A DNA stretch of 64,000 nucleotides from Defluviicoccus sp. GTDB taxonomy: Bacteria > Pseudomonadota > Alphaproteobacteria > MPNO01. A program made the position numbers and the translations under genes. Below are positions 21,718 through 32,275 of the stretch, one piece after another (within the stretch, counting starts at the first letter, position 1; the number at the start of each line of letters is the position of its first letter). The stretch is taken from positions 2,287 through 66,286 of the forward strand of contig JAPPIT010000058.1 in the NCBI GenBank assembly GCA_028820505.1, read 5' to 3'. The notes beneath the pieces are model-generated. The model was given only the letters and a program-made list of their open reading frames with translations. It was not told the origin of the DNA and searched no databases.

Positions 21718-24700
21718 ATGGAACTGGCGCAGGTCACGCTCGACGACAAGTACACGCTCGAATCCGGCCGGGTGTACCTGACCGGAACCCAGGCGCTGGT
21801 CCGCCTGCCGCTGATGCAGCGGCAGCGCGACGCCGCGGCGGGGCTGAACACGGCCGGCTTCATCTCGGGCTACCGGGGCTCGCCGCTCGCCGGATACGAC
21901 ACCGCACTCTGGCGCGCCAGCGGAATCCTCAAGGAGAGCCACGTCCATTTCGAGCCCGGCCTCAACGAGGATCTGGCGGCGACCTCGGTCTGGGGCTCGC
22001 AGCAGGTCAACCTGTTCCAGGGCGGGCGCTATGACGGCGTGTTCGCGATCTGGTACGGCAAGGGGCCGGGGCTCGACCGGTCGATGGACGCGATGCGCCA
22101 CGCGAGCGCCGCCGGCACCTCGCTCCACGGCGGGGTGCTCGCGCTGGTGGGCGACGATCACGGCGCCGTCTCCTCGACCCTGCCGACCCAGTCCGAGCAC
22201 AACTTCGCGGCGCTGATGATGCCGGTCCTGCACCCGGCCTCGGTTCAGGAATATCTCGATTTCGGGCTGCTCGGCTGGGCGATGTCGCGCTATTGCGGGA
22301 CCTGGGTGGGGTTCAAGTGCCTGACCGAGACGGTCGAGAGCTCGGCCAGCGTGACCGTCGATCCCGGCCGGCTGGAGATCGTCGTCCCCGACGACGAGGA
22401 GCCGACTGACGCCTCGATCCGGCTCGGCGAGGACCGTCTCCAGATCGAGGCGCGGCTGCAGGAGGACAAGATCTATGCCGCGCTCCGCTTCGCACGCGAG
22501 AACCGGATCGACCGCACGGTCTGGGACAGCCCTGGCGCGCGCCTCGGCATCCTGACCGCGGGCAAGTCCTATCTCGACGTGCGCCAGGCGCTCGACGATC
22601 TCGGCATCGACGAGGCCGGCGCGGCCGAGTTCGGCATCCGGATCTACAAGGCCGGCATGGTCTGGCCGCTGGAGCGGCGCGGCACGCGCGCCTTCGCCGA
22701 CGGGCTGGAGGAGATCCTGGTCGTCGAGGAGAAGCGCGCGGTGATGGAGAACCAGCTCCGCGCCGAGCTTTACAACTGGAAGGAAAGCGCGCGGCCCCGG
22801 ATCGTCGGCAAGTTCGACGAGGACCGGAACTGGCTGCTGCCGGCCGCCGGCGAGCTCACCCCCGCCAGGATCGCGAGGGTTATCGCCGGGCGCATCGGGC
22901 GCTACCGCTCGAGCCCGCGAATCGCCGACCGGCTGGACGAGATCGAGGCCAAGGAGCGCGCGCTCTCCGGCTATACGCCCGGGCTCCAGCGCACCCCCTA
23001 TTTCTGCTCCGGCTGCCCGCACAACACGTCGACGAAGGTCCCGGACGGCAGCCGCGCCGAGGCGGGGATCGGCTGCCACTGGATGGCGCTGCTGATGGAC
23101 CGCTCGGCGGCGACCTACTCGCACATGGGGGGCGAGGGGGCGAACTGGATCGGGCAGGCGCCGTTCACCGACCAGAACCACGTCTTCGTCAACCTCGGCG
23201 ACGGCACCTATCACCATTCCGGCATCCTCGCGATCCGCGCCGCGGTGCTGGCCGGCGTCAACGTCACCTACAAGGTGCTCTACAACGACGCCGTCGCGAT
23301 GACCGGCGGCCAGCCTCAGACCGTCACCCCGCAGCAGATCGCGGCCCAGGTGCTGGCCGAGGGCGTCGCCAGGGTCGTCGTCGTCGCCGACCACCCCGGC
23401 AAGTACACCGGCCGGCCGCCCTTCCCCGGCGGGCTGAAGATCCACCGCCGCGACGAGCTCGACGCGCTGCAGCGTTCGCTGCGCGAGACCGAGGGCGTCA
23501 CGGTGCTGATCTACGACCAGACCTGCGCGGCCGAGCTCCGCCGGCGGCGCAAGCGCGGGACGGCCCCCGACCCGGACGTGCGCGTCTTCATCAACGAGGC
23601 GGTGTGCGAGGGGTGCGGCGACTGCTCGGTTAAGTCGAACTGCGTCTCGATCGAGCCGCTGGAGACCCGCTACGGGCGCAAGCGGCGGATCAACCAGTCC
23701 TCGTGCAACAAGGATCTCTCCTGCGTCAACGGCTTCTGCCCCAGCTTCGTGACGCTGACCGGCGCCGGCATCCGACGCGCGCGCGCCGGCGGCGACGCGC
23801 TGCCCGGCCTGCTCGCCGACCTGCCGGAACCGGACGGGCCGGACCTCGACGAGCCCTGGGACATCCTGGTGACCGGGATCGGCGGCACCGGCGTGGTGAC
23901 CATCGGCGCGATCCTCGGCATGGCGGCGCACCTGGAGAACAAGGGCGTGACGGTCCTCGACCAGTCGGGGCTCGCCCAGAAGAACGGGGCGGTCGTCAGC
24001 CACGTCCGCATCGGCGCCGCGCCGGAGGATCTGCACGCGGTCCGCATCGCGGCGGGCAAGGCGCGGCTGCTGCTCGGCTGCGACGCGGTGACGGCCGGGA
24101 GCTTCGATGCGCTGGCCAAGCTCGGCCGCGGGCGCACCCGGGCGGTGGTCAACCGCGACGTCGCGCCGACCGCGGCGTTCACCCTCGACGGCGACACGGT
24201 CTTCGACCGCGACGCGCTGTTCGGCGCGATCCGCGAGGCGGCGGGGCACAATTTGACCGAACTGGTGGATGCGACGCGGACGGCGACGGCGCTCCTCGGA
24301 GACGCCATCGCGACCAACATGTTCATGGTGGGCTATGCCGCCCAGCGCGGTCTGATCCCGGTCTCGCTCGCGGCGCTCGAACGCGCCATCGAGCTCAACG
24401 GCGTCGCGGTCGAGGCCAACAAGGAGGCGCTCGGCTGGGGCCGCGTCCAGGCCGCAAGGCCGGAGGAGGTCCGCGCCGTCCTCGACCGCGCCGGCGCGGC
24501 GCCCGACCCCGAGCCCGTCGCCGAGACGCTGGAAGAGATCATCGAGGACCGGACCGCGCTGCTCACCGCCTGGCAGGACGCGGCCTATGCGGAACGCTAC
24601 CGCGCCCTCGTCGCGCGCGCCGAGGCGGCGGACCGGGCGCTGGGCGATGTCTCGTCCGACTTCGCCTGCGCCGTCGCGCGCCATGCGGCGAAGCTGATGG

Positions 24701-25212
24701 CCTACAAGGACGAGTACGAGGTCGCCCGGCTCTATACCGACCCCGCCTTCGCGGCACGGCTGAAGGCGCAGTTCGAGGGCGATTTCAGGCTTTCGTTCCA
24801 CCTTGCCTTGCCGCTGCTGCGCCGACCCGACCCGACCACGGGCGAGCCGAGAAAGCGCAGCTTCGGGCCGTGGACGATGGCGGCGTTCCGCGTGCTCGCG
24901 CGGATGAAGCGCCTGCGCGGCGGGCCGTTCGACGTGTTCGCCCGCAGCCCGGACCGGCGTCTCGAACGGGAGCTGATCGACTGGTATTTCGCCCTCGTCG
25001 GGGAGCTCGCCGGCGGGTTGACCGAGGCGAACTACGGAACCGCGGTCGCGCTCGCGAGCCTGCCGGAGAAGATCCGGGGCTACGGGCCGGTCAAGGCGCG
25101 GAGCGTGGACGAGGCCCGGCGCAGGGAAGCCGGGTTGCGCGAGTCGTGGCCGGTCCCGCCCGCCCGCGAGGACGTGCCGGAACCGGCGGAAGAGCTCATT
25201 CCGGCCAGGTGA
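21718..25212 (+). CDS. indolepyruvate ferredoxin oxidoreductase family protein (fused alpha/beta)
   Basis: 1164 aa. N-terminal [34 protein letters not shown], a TPP-binding region and the CxxCxxC ferredoxin cluster CEGCGDC. Confidence 0.85.
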   Translation: MELAQVTLDDKYTLESGRVYLTGTQALVRLPLMQRQRDAAAGLNTAGFISGYRGSPLAGYDTALWRASGILKESHVHFEPGLNEDLAATSVWGSQQVNLFQGGRYDGVFAIWYGKGPGLDRSMDAMRHASAAGTSLHGGVLALVGDDHGAVSSTLPTQSEHNFAALMMPVLHPASVQEYLDFGLLGWAMSRYCGTWVGFKCLTETVESSASVTVDPGRLEIVVPDDEEPTDASIRLGEDRLQIEARLQEDKIYAALRFARENRIDRTVWDSPGARLGILTAGKSYLDVRQALDDLGIDEAGAAEFGIRIYKAGMVWPLERRGTRAFADGLEEILVVEEKRAVMENQLRAELYNWKESARPRIVGKFDEDRNWLLPAAGELTPARIARVIAGRIGRYRSSPRIADRLDEIEAKERALSGYTPGLQRTPYFCSGCPHNTSTKVPDGSRAEAGIGCHWMALLMDRSAATYSHMGGEGANWIGQAPFTDQNHVFVNLGDGTYHHSGILAIRAAVLAGVNVTYKVLYNDAVAMTGGQPQTVTPQQIAAQVLAEGVARVVVVADHPGKYTGRPPFPGGLKIHRRDELDALQRSLRETEGVTVLIYDQTCAAELRRRRKRGTAPDPDVRVFINEAVCEGCGDCSVKSNCVSIEPLETRYGRKRRINQSSCNKDLSCVNGFCPSFVTLTGAGIRRARAGGDALPGLLADLPEPDGPDLDEPWDILVTGIGGTGVVTIGAILGMAAHLENKGVTVLDQSGLAQKNGAVVSHVRIGAAPEDLHAVRIAAGKARLLLGCDAVTAGSFDALAKLGRGRTRAVVNRDVAPTAAFTLDGDTVFDRDALFGAIREAAGHNLTELVDATRTATALLGDAIATNMFMVGYAAQRGLIPVSLAALERAIELNGVAVEANKEALGWGRVQAARPEEVRAVLDRAGAAPDPEPVAETLEEIIEDRTALLTAWQDAAYAERYRALVARAEAADRALGDVSSDFACAVARHAAKLMAYKDEYEVARLYTDPAFAARLKAQFEGDFRLSFHLALPLLRRPDPTTGEPRKRSFGPWTMAAFRVLARMKRLRGGPFDVFARSPDRRLERELIDWYFALVGELAGGLTEANYGTAVALASLPEKIRGYGPVKARSVDEARRREAGLRESWPVPPAREDVPEPAEELIPAR

Positions 25213-25633
25213 CGATTCGGTCCTCGGGATCGTCGCCGCGCCGCTCCGGCACGACCCGGCCGCGCACCGAGATGCCGGCCTTGTGCACGGTCTCCGGATC
25301 GCCGGAGACCAGCGGGTGCCACCAGGCGAGGTCCCGGCCCTCCGCGACCAGCCGGTAGGCGCAGGTCGACGGCAGCCAGTCGAGCTTCCGCACCTCCTCG
25401 GGCGTCAGCTCGACGCATTGCGGCACCAGCCGGAGCCGCCGGCGGTAGCGGGTGCAGCGGCAGGTGCCGATATCGAGCAGGCGGCAGGCGATGTCGGTAT
25501 AGGCGATCTCGCCGGTATCGTCGTCCTCGAGCTTGATCAGGCAGCAGCGCGCGCAGCCGTCGCAGAGCGCCTCCCACTCGGCGCGCGTCATCTCCTCGAG
25601 CGTCTTGGTCCGCCAATAGGGCGCGTCCGCCAT
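25196..25633 (-). CDS. YcgN/UPF0260 family cysteine-cluster protein
   Basis: [43 protein letters not shown]. Confidence 0.7.
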   Translation of the reverse strand: MADAPYWRTKTLEEMTRAEWEALCDGCARCCLIKLEDDDTGEIAYTDIACRLLDIGTCRCTRYRRRLRLVPQCVELTPEEVRKLDWLPSTCAYRLVAEGRDLAWWHPLVSGDPETVHKAGISVRGRVVPERRGDDPEDRIVTWPE

Positions 25634-25641
25634 CGCGCGGC

Positions 25642-26232
25642 TCAGGACACCAGCTCGCGCAGGCGCCTGGCCATCGCTTCCGGCCCGGCGCCGTGGCTGA
25701 AATGGGTGAGGTAGCGCCCGTCGGGGTCCATCAGGTAGATCACCGACGAGTGGTCCATCAGGTAGTTCTCGCCCGCTTCGGGGTCGTCGACCTTTGCGTA
25801 ATAGACCCGGTAGGCGCGCGCCGCCTTGCCGATCTGTGCGGCGCTGCCCGAGAGCCCGATCAGCCGGGGGTGGAAGCTGGGGATGTAGGCCTTGAGCGCC
25901 GCGGGTGTGTCGCGGTCGGGGTCGATGGTGATGAAGACCGGCTGCACCCGCGCCGCGTCGGGGCCGAGCTCGTCGAGCGCGATCAGCATGTCGGCGAGCG
26001 CCGTGGGGCACACGTCGGGGCAGAAGGTGTAGCCGAAATAAATCAGCGCGTGCCGCCCCTTGAGGTCGGCCTCGGTGCGCTCCTGCCCGGTGTGGTCGAC
26101 CAGGACGAACGGCCCGCCGATCTTCGCGATCCCGCCCCCGTCCTCGCGCCAGACATAGACCGCGAGGATCGCCGCCACCGCGACCGCCATGAACGCGGTG
26201 GCGAGGATGATCGTGATCTTGCGATCGGACAT
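25642..26232 (-). CDS. SCO1/SenC family copper chaperone
   Basis: N-terminal TM helix, the thioredoxin-like CPDVCP copper-binding motif, and a conserved downstream His. Confidence 0.85.
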   Translation of the reverse strand: MSDRKITIILATAFMAVAVAAILAVYVWREDGGGIAKIGGPFVLVDHTGQERTEADLKGRHALIYFGYTFCPDVCPTALADMLIALDELGPDAARVQPVFITIDPDRDTPAALKAYIPSFHPRLIGLSGSAAQIGKAARAYRVYYAKVDDPEAGENYLMDHSSVIYLMDPDGRYLTHFSHGAGPEAMARRLRELVS

Positions 26233-26434
26233 GCGGCGCTCGGCGTAGGGTGGGGCGTACGGAGTGAATTTAGGGTGCGCGGGGCGGATTGGCTATGGGG
26301 GAAGGGGCACGTTCCTTGCCGTCATGGTGGGCGAAGGCCCACCATCTACGAGTTTTTCTGTGCGGACGGGATGACAAAACAAAACGTGGATGGTCGGCCT
26401 CCGCCGACCATGACGTAAGGTGAAACCGTCCCCC

Positions 26435-27373
26435 TCAAAACGCCCGGTGGATCAGCTCGTCGCCGGCGAGGAAGCGCCTGAGGTTCTCCAGCCAGATCTC
26501 GCCGACGCGCGCCGTGTAGAGCGGCGTCATGCAGGCAGCGTGGGGGGAGATGAAGAGGTTGGGGATGTCCCAGAGATCGCTGTCGGCCGGCAGGGGCTCG
26601 GTCGGCAGCACGTCGAGAAAGGCCTGGGCGATGCCGCCCGTGGCGAGCGCGCGCGTGAGCGCCTCGATGTCGATCAGCGCGCCGCGCCCGACATTGACCA
26701 GCGTCGCGGTGGGCTTCATCCAGGCGAGCGCGCCTGCCCCGATCATGCCGGCGGTCTCGTCGGTGTTGGGGACGGCGAGGACCACGAAATCCGCCTCCGG
26801 GAGGAAGTCCGAGAGATCGGCGAGCGTCCCCTGCCGGTCGAGCCCCGGCAGCGGATCGGCGGAGCGGCGGATGCCGTGCACCGTCATGCCGAACGCGCGC
26901 GCGCAAGCCGCGACGCGGCTGCCGATGGCGCCGAGCCCGACCACCAGGATCGTCGATGCGCCGAGCGCGGCCTGCTCGAGCTGGCGCCACTCGCGCGCGC
27001 GCTGCTGGTCGCGGAACTCGGCCAGTCGCTTCGCCCCCCACATCACGCCGGCGAAGGCGAACTCGGCGACCTCGGGCGCGTTGGCGCCGGGGCTGTGGGT
27101 GACCGCGACCCCCTTTGCGCGCATGTCGTCGTAGAACCGCCCGTCGATCCCGGCATCCTCGGTATGCGCCCATCGGGGCGGCGCGATGGCGATCACGGTA
27201 TCGACGAAGGCCTCGGTATAGGCGTCGCCGGCATAGATCGCGACATCCGCGCCGTCGGGCGGCGCGGTCCAGTTCCCGGCCCGGTCGGTCAGCGCCCATT
27301 CGATGCCGGGGCAGATCGCCGCCGCCGCCGCCGCCACCTCGTCGTGGAAATCGTGCGCCGCCGCGATTTTCAT
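26435..27373 (-). CDS. D-isomer-specific 2-hydroxyacid dehydrogenase family protein
   Basis: Start taken at MKIAAAH. NAD-binding GLGAIGSRVA and the catalytic region VNVGRGALID...ISPHAA. Confidence 0.8.
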   Translation of the reverse strand: MKIAAAHDFHDEVAAAAAAICPGIEWALTDRAGNWTAPPDGADVAIYAGDAYTEAFVDTVIAIAPPRWAHTEDAGIDGRFYDDMRAKGVAVTHSPGANAPEVAEFAFAGVMWGAKRLAEFRDQQRAREWRQLEQAALGASTILVVGLGAIGSRVAACARAFGMTVHGIRRSADPLPGLDRQGTLADLSDFLPEADFVVLAVPNTDETAGMIGAGALAWMKPTATLVNVGRGALIDIEALTRALATGGIAQAFLDVLPTEPLPADSDLWDIPNLFISPHAACMTPLYTARVGEIWLENLRRFLAGDELIHRAF

Positions 27374-27428
27374 CCCGCGGCCTCCGATCCCCCACGCCAT
27401 TCAGCAACGCATGTGTGTAGCAGCGAGA

Positions 27429-27911
27429 TCAAACAACATCCTCCAGCCGTAGCGCTTCGAGCAAGCTATCCGGCAAGCGGTAACGATATGCCCAAGCCTC
27501 CTCGTCCCACTCGGCGTCGAACAACCAAGAGCCTCGGACATAGCCTTGGGTGTGTGAGGCACGCCTGCCGAACGCTCCCATAAGACCGGCAAGCTGACTC
27601 GACGTGTAATCGGTAGCAGCACAAAGCTCATCTCTCGAAACCCATTCTGGATAGGCGTCTTTGAGTGTTTCGAGTACGATCTTTTGCCCTGTGCTTAGCT
27701 GACGACGGGTTAGCACCCGACGGGCGAACTCGACAGTCACGAACTTCTTCGGCTCCCCGGAAGCTGGAGACGAACCCGTAGAGCCGCTTGTCTCGGACAG
27801 CGCCGCCTCTCCGAGCGGTTCATCTGGCATCAGATTTGCCCCATTTTGCCTAAGGGCACGTGCGACCTTGGCGATTTCCTCGGGTGTACCTTCAAATACA
27901 GTCATTTTCAT
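27429..27911 (-). CDS. hypothetical protein in a low-GC islet (putative wHTH C-terminal domain)
   Basis: The ORF lies in a ~600-bp stretch that is clearly AT-richer than its flanks. No family recognised. Start taken at MKMTVFEG. It has an AT-rich upstream region carrying the direct repeats aagcctataa and aggctataag. Confidence 0.45.
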   Translation of the reverse strand: MKMTVFEGTPEEIAKVARALRQNGANLMPDEPLGEAALSETSGSTGSSPASGEPKKFVTVEFARRVLTRRQLSTGQKIVLETLKDAYPEWVSRDELCAATDYTSSQLAGLMGAFGRRASHTQGYVRGSWLFDAEWDEEAWAYRYRLPDSLLEALRLEDVV

Positions 27912-28027
27912 AGCGGCTTCATCCTCCTCTTCTATGCCCCCAGAGAGCCTAGAAGGCAATATGAAGCCTATAAATTATAATTTCAAGAGGCTATAAGGCT
28001 TTTCTGGCTGCTATGCGTGTCTTCCTT

Positions 28028-28915
28028 TTACCTCTCCACCCCCGCCAGCCCTTCCAGCACGCCGCAGACGCACGCCGTGTCCTCCGCGACCCGGCCCTGC
28101 GCCAGCGCCGCGTTGTAGATCTGGCCCGACGCCGCGAAGCAGGGGGCCGCGCAGCCCAGTTCGGCGAGGAAGTCGCCGATGACCTTCATGTCCTTGAGCT
28201 GCATGTCGATCGACGCCGAGGCGTCGGAATAGTCGCCCGCGACCATCTGGGGGCCGCGCACCTCGAAGATGCGCGAGGTGGCGGCGCTGTTGGAGATCAC
28301 CTCGTAGATCGTCTCCGGCGCGAGCCCCGCCTTGAGGCCGAGGGCGAAGGCTTCCCCGGCGGCGACGTTGTGGATGGCGACGAGCAGGTTGGCGACGAAC
28401 TTCATCCGGCTGCCGTTGCCGAATTCGCCGAGGTCGTACTGGGCGCGGGAGAACCCCTCGAAGACGTCGGAGAGCCCGGCGATCGCCGCCGTGTCGCCGC
28501 TCGCATAGACCACCAGGTCCCCGGTCAGCGCCTGCTTGCCGGTGCCGCTCAACGGCGTGTCGAGCAGGATTTTCCCCGTTTCGGCCAGCGTCGCCCGCCC
28601 CGCCTCCTTGACCGGGATGGGGAGCGTCGAGGTGTCGAAGGCGACGAGGCCGGGCTTCTCGGCCTCGGCGATGCCTTCGGCGCCCGTGGTCACCGCCTCG
28701 AACGCCGCGATGCTGGGCAGCGAGGTCATCACGCAATCGGCCGCCTCGGCCACCGCGCGCGGGCTGTCGGCCACCTGCCCGCCCATCGCGGCGAGCGCGT
28801 CCGCGCGGGCCGGGTCGGTGTCGCGCCCGACCACCCCGAATCCGGCCCCGATCAGGTTCTTCGCCATCGCCGAGCCCATCCGGCCCAGCCCCACGATTCC
28901 GACCGTCTTCGCCAT
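28028..28915 (-). CDS. NAD(P)-dependent beta-hydroxyacid dehydrogenase (3-hydroxyisobutyrate dehydrogenase family)
   Basis: Start MAKTVGIVGLGRMGSAMAKNL with the Rossmann GxGxxG motif, and the HIBADH-family catalytic Lys region. Confidence 0.8.
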   Translation of the reverse strand: MAKTVGIVGLGRMGSAMAKNLIGAGFGVVGRDTDPARADALAAMGGQVADSPRAVAEAADCVMTSLPSIAAFEAVTTGAEGIAEAEKPGLVAFDTSTLPIPVKEAGRATLAETGKILLDTPLSGTGKQALTGDLVVYASGDTAAIAGLSDVFEGFSRAQYDLGEFGNGSRMKFVANLLVAIHNVAAGEAFALGLKAGLAPETIYEVISNSAATSRIFEVRGPQMVAGDYSDASASIDMQLKDMKVIGDFLAELGCAAPCFAASGQIYNAALAQGRVAEDTACVCGVLEGLAGVER

Positions 28916-28991
28916 CGCCCCTCTCCCGCGCCGCGAGGCGCCCTGTGCTATAAGACCGGCGCGCACCATAGCGGCTCGGGGAAGGCGGGGC

Positions 28992-31334
28992 ATGGCAAAT
29001 CAGGGGGTGGGCGCGTCCATCGCCCGCAAGGAGGACGACCGCCTGATGCGGGGCCGCGGCCGCTTCGTCGGCGATTTCGGCCTCGCCGGACAGCTCGAGG
29101 CGGCGTTCGTCCGGAGCCCCGTCGCGCACGCCCGGATCGGGGCGATCGACATCCCGGACGACATCCGGCCGCGCGTCTTCACCCATGCCGACATGGAAGG
29201 CGTCAAGCCGATCCGCGCGGTCTCGGCGCTGCCCGGGTTCAAGCCCTCGGACCAACCGGCGCTGGCGTCGGAGAAGGTGCGCCAGGTGGGCGAGACGATC
29301 GCGGTCTGCGTGGCGGAAACCCGCGCCGAGGCCGAGGACATGGCCGACCGCGTGGCGGTCGATTTCGAGATATTGCCGGCGGTCTCCGACATGCTGGCCG
29401 CGCGCGATGCGGACGCGCCGCTGATCCACGAGCAGTGGGGCGACAACGTCTTCCTGGAGACCGATGTCAACGACGACATGGAGGCGGTCGCCGCTCGCGC
29501 TGCGGTCAAGGTCACGCGCGAGGTCCGCACCGCGCGCCAGTGCATGGCGCCGATCGAGGGCAAGGGCGTGCTCGCCGAATGGGACCCGAGGCTCCGCCAG
29601 CTCACCGTGACCTCGGCGGCGCAGCTCCCCCACATCGTCCGCAACGGGCTCGCCGAATGCCTCGGGATGGACCTCGCGAGCGTCCGGGTGATCGCGCCCG
29701 ATGTCGGGGGCGGGTTCGGCTACAAGGGGCTCCTCGCACCGGAGGAGATCTGCATCGCCTGGCTCGCCAGGCGCCTGGAGCGCCCGGTGCGGTGGCTGGA
29801 GGACCGGCGCGAGCATCTGACCGCCAACGCCAATTGCCGCGAGCACCACTACATCGTCACCGGCTACGCCGACGCCGATGGAAAGCTGCTCGGGATCGAG
29901 GCCGAGGCGACGGTCGATGCCGGCGCCTATTCGGCCTACCCGTTCTCGGCCTGCCTGGAGGCCGCCCAGGTCGCCTCGATCCTGCCCGGGCCCTACATCA
30001 TGGACGCCTTCCGCTGCCGCACCTGGTCGATCGCGTCGAACAAGCCGCCGATCCTCCCCTATCGCGGGGTGGCGCGGGCCGGCGTCTGCTTCGCGCTGGA
30101 GATCGTTATCGACGCCATCGCCCGCGAGGTCGGGCGCGAGCCGCACGAGGTCAGGCTGGAGAGCCTGGTGAAACCCGAGCAGATGCCGTTCGACAACATC
30201 ACCGCCAAGCACTACGACAGCGGCGACTACCCCGAGTGCATCCGCCGCGCGGCCGAGGCGATCAACGTCGCGGGGGTGCGCGCGCGCCAGGCGCGAGGCG
30301 AGCCGGACGGGCGGCGCGTCGGGGTCGGCTTCTCGATCTTCTGCGAGCAGGCGGGCCACGGCACGGCGGTCTATTCCGGCTGGGGGATCCCGATGATCCC
30401 GGGCTTCGAACAGGCCGGCGCGCGGCTCACGCCGGACGGCGCGTTGGAGCTCCGCGTCGGCGTCCACAGCCACGGTCAGGGGCTCGAGACCAGCCTCGCC
30501 CAGGTGGCGCACGAGGTGCTCGGCATCGATACCGACGACGTGCGCGTGGTGCTGGGCGATACCGCCTACACCCCCTACTCGACCGGCACCTGGGGGTCGC
30601 GCTGCATGATCATGGCGGGCGGCGCGACGGCGGAGGCCTGCAAGCTGCTCGCCGAGCGCATCCGGCAGATCGGCGCCGGGCTGCTCCAGGTCGAGCCCAC
30701 CTCGGTGCGGCTGGAGGACGGACGGGTCGTCAGCGCATCGGGGAGCGTGACGCTGCAGGAGGTCGGCCGCACCTGGTACCTGCGCCCGCAGGACCTCACC
30801 GCCGACGTCGACCGGCAGGGGCTGGAGACGATCGGCGGCTACAAGCCGGAGCGCGATTCCGGCACCTTCAGCTATGCCTGCCACGCCGCGATCGTCGCCG
30901 TCGACGCCGCGACCGGCGAGGTCGAGATCCTGGACTATGTGGTGGTCGAGGACGGCGGGGTGCTGGTCAACCCGATGATCGTCGACGGGCAGGTCCATGG
31001 CGGCACCGGACAGGGGATCGGCACGGCGCTCTACGAGGAGATGCCCTACGCCGAGGACGGCCAGCCGCTCGCGCCCACGCTCGCCGACTACCTGCTGCCG
31101 GGGCCGACCGAGATCCCGGCGATCCGGGTCGATCACATGGAGACCCCCTCGCCCTACACCACCTTCGGCCAGAAGGGGATCGGCGAGGGCGGCGCGATCG
31201 GACCGCCGGCGGCGATCGCCAACGCGGTCAACGACGCGCTCGCGCAGCTCGGCGTCGAGATCTCCGAGTGCCCGATCACGCCGCGCCGGCTGCTCGCCGC
31301 CATCGCCGCGGCGGCCGAGAACGGCGACCGGTGA
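28992..31334 (+). CDS. xanthine dehydrogenase family molybdopterin-binding large subunit (CoxL-like), lone
   Basis: 780 aa. N-terminal ARKEDDRLMRGRGRFVGD, plus GGGFG and other Mo-hydroxylase large-subunit motifs. No adjacent small or medium subunit genes on this strand. Confidence 0.85.
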   Translation: MANQGVGASIARKEDDRLMRGRGRFVGDFGLAGQLEAAFVRSPVAHARIGAIDIPDDIRPRVFTHADMEGVKPIRAVSALPGFKPSDQPALASEKVRQVGETIAVCVAETRAEAEDMADRVAVDFEILPAVSDMLAARDADAPLIHEQWGDNVFLETDVNDDMEAVAARAAVKVTREVRTARQCMAPIEGKGVLAEWDPRLRQLTVTSAAQLPHIVRNGLAECLGMDLASVRVIAPDVGGGFGYKGLLAPEEICIAWLARRLERPVRWLEDRREHLTANANCREHHYIVTGYADADGKLLGIEAEATVDAGAYSAYPFSACLEAAQVASILPGPYIMDAFRCRTWSIASNKPPILPYRGVARAGVCFALEIVIDAIAREVGREPHEVRLESLVKPEQMPFDNITAKHYDSGDYPECIRRAAEAINVAGVRARQARGEPDGRRVGVGFSIFCEQAGHGTAVYSGWGIPMIPGFEQAGARLTPDGALELRVGVHSHGQGLETSLAQVAHEVLGIDTDDVRVVLGDTAYTPYSTGTWGSRCMIMAGGATAEACKLLAERIRQIGAGLLQVEPTSVRLEDGRVVSASGSVTLQEVGRTWYLRPQDLTADVDRQGLETIGGYKPERDSGTFSYACHAAIVAVDAATGEVEILDYVVVEDGGVLVNPMIVDGQVHGGTGQGIGTALYEEMPYAEDGQPLAPTLADYLLPGPTEIPAIRVDHMETPSPYTTFGQKGIGEGGAIGPPAAIANAVNDALAQLGVEISECPITPRRLLAAIAAAAENGDR

Positions 31335-32275
31335 CGGCCCCGCCCCGTTCGGGCGGAGAGGTCGGGTTCGTCCTGCCCGAGCCTTCCACGACCCTTGATC
31401 TCGCGATGGACGACGGCGCGCCGATCCGCGTCGTGCGCCAGGGCAACCCGTCCGGGCCGCGTGTCGTGCTGAGCCACGGCAACGGCTTTGCGAGCGATAG
31501 CTACTTCCCGTTCTGGCGGCTCATGCTGGACCGGTTCGACCTCTGCCTGTTCGACTTCCGCAATTGCGGGCGCAACCCGTTCCACGCGGCCGAGCCGCAC
31601 GACTATCGCCGTTTCGCGCGCGACAACGTGACTGTACATCGCGCCGTCGCGGAAGAATGGGGCGCGAAGACCACGATCGGGACCTTCCATTCGATGTCGG
31701 CGATCGCCGCGCTGCTCGCGATCGTCGACGGCGTCTGGCACTGGGACGCGCTGGTGCTGTTCGACCCGCCGGTGGTCCCGCCGGAAGGCGACCCGCTGCG
31801 CGCCGAGCTGCTGACCGAGGGGGAGGCGCTGCGCGACGCCGCCCTGATCCGCAAGAATCGGTTTCCCGATCCGGAAGAGATGGCCGACGTGTTCCGCTAC
31901 CTGCACCGGTTCCGGCGGCTGCGGGAGGGGGTGCCGGAACTCAACACACGCTCGACACTGCGCTTCGATCCGGCTTCGGGCGAGTGGCTGCTCGCCTGTC
32001 CCGGCCCTGTGGAAGCCAATCTGTATGTCGAGGTCGGGGAACTGCCGATCTGGCGGAAGCCCGGCGGTCCGGCGCGCCCGCTCCTGATCGTCGGCGCCGA
32101 CCCGGAACCCGCGGACGCGCCGAAGACGGCGCCTTGTTGCAGACTGTACTGCGAAACCTTCGAAATCGACTATGCCTGCGTGCCCGATACCAGCCACCTG
32201 TTGCAGCTCGAAGAGCCCGAGCTGTGCTTCGCCCTGTTCGAGGATTTCCTGAGCCGGAACGGGATCGCCGCATGA
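31331..32275 (+). CDS. alpha/beta-hydrolase fold protein, tandem paralog 1
   Basis: GTG start overlaps the CoxL stop (GTGA). HGNGF oxyanion motif and an atypical nucleophile elbow TFHSMSA. Its N-terminus aligns with paralog 2 (MTAPP versus MNAPP). Confidence 0.7.
   Translation: MTAPPRSGGEVGFVLPEPSTTLDLAMDDGAPIRVVRQGNPSGPRVVLSHGNGFASDSYFPFWRLMLDRFDLCLFDFRNCGRNPFHAAEPHDYRRFARDNVTVHRAVAEEWGAKTTIGTFHSMSAIAALLAIVDGVWHWDALVLFDPPVVPPEGDPLRAELLTEGEALRDAALIRKNRFPDPEEMADVFRYLHRFRRLREGVPELNTRSTLRFDPASGEWLLACPGPVEANLYVEVGELPIWRKPGGPARPLLIVGADPEPADAPKTAPCCRLYCETFEIDYACVPDTSHLLQLEEPELCFALFEDFLSRNGIAA

Noticed and set aside
28536-28991. N-terminal 152-aa extension of the CoxL-like ORF from the track
   Set aside because: The extension is low-complexity and overlaps the oppositely oriented HIBADH-like gene. 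The conserved CoxL N-terminus begins at MANQ (28992), which also has the expected spacing from the conserved ED motif.
28013-32275. 1420-aa plus-strand ORF spanning several genes, and other very long antisense ORFs (e.g. 39896-42847 minus 983 aa, 2153-4237 minus, 2446-4989 plus, 55531-57858 minus, 21601-24801 minus)
   Set aside because: High-GC DNA gives long stop-free frames in most phases. Translations are Arg/Gly/Ala/Pro-rich and low-complexity, and each overlaps a well-supported gene in another frame. Only the 3' parts of 28013-32275 (the two hydrolases) are real.
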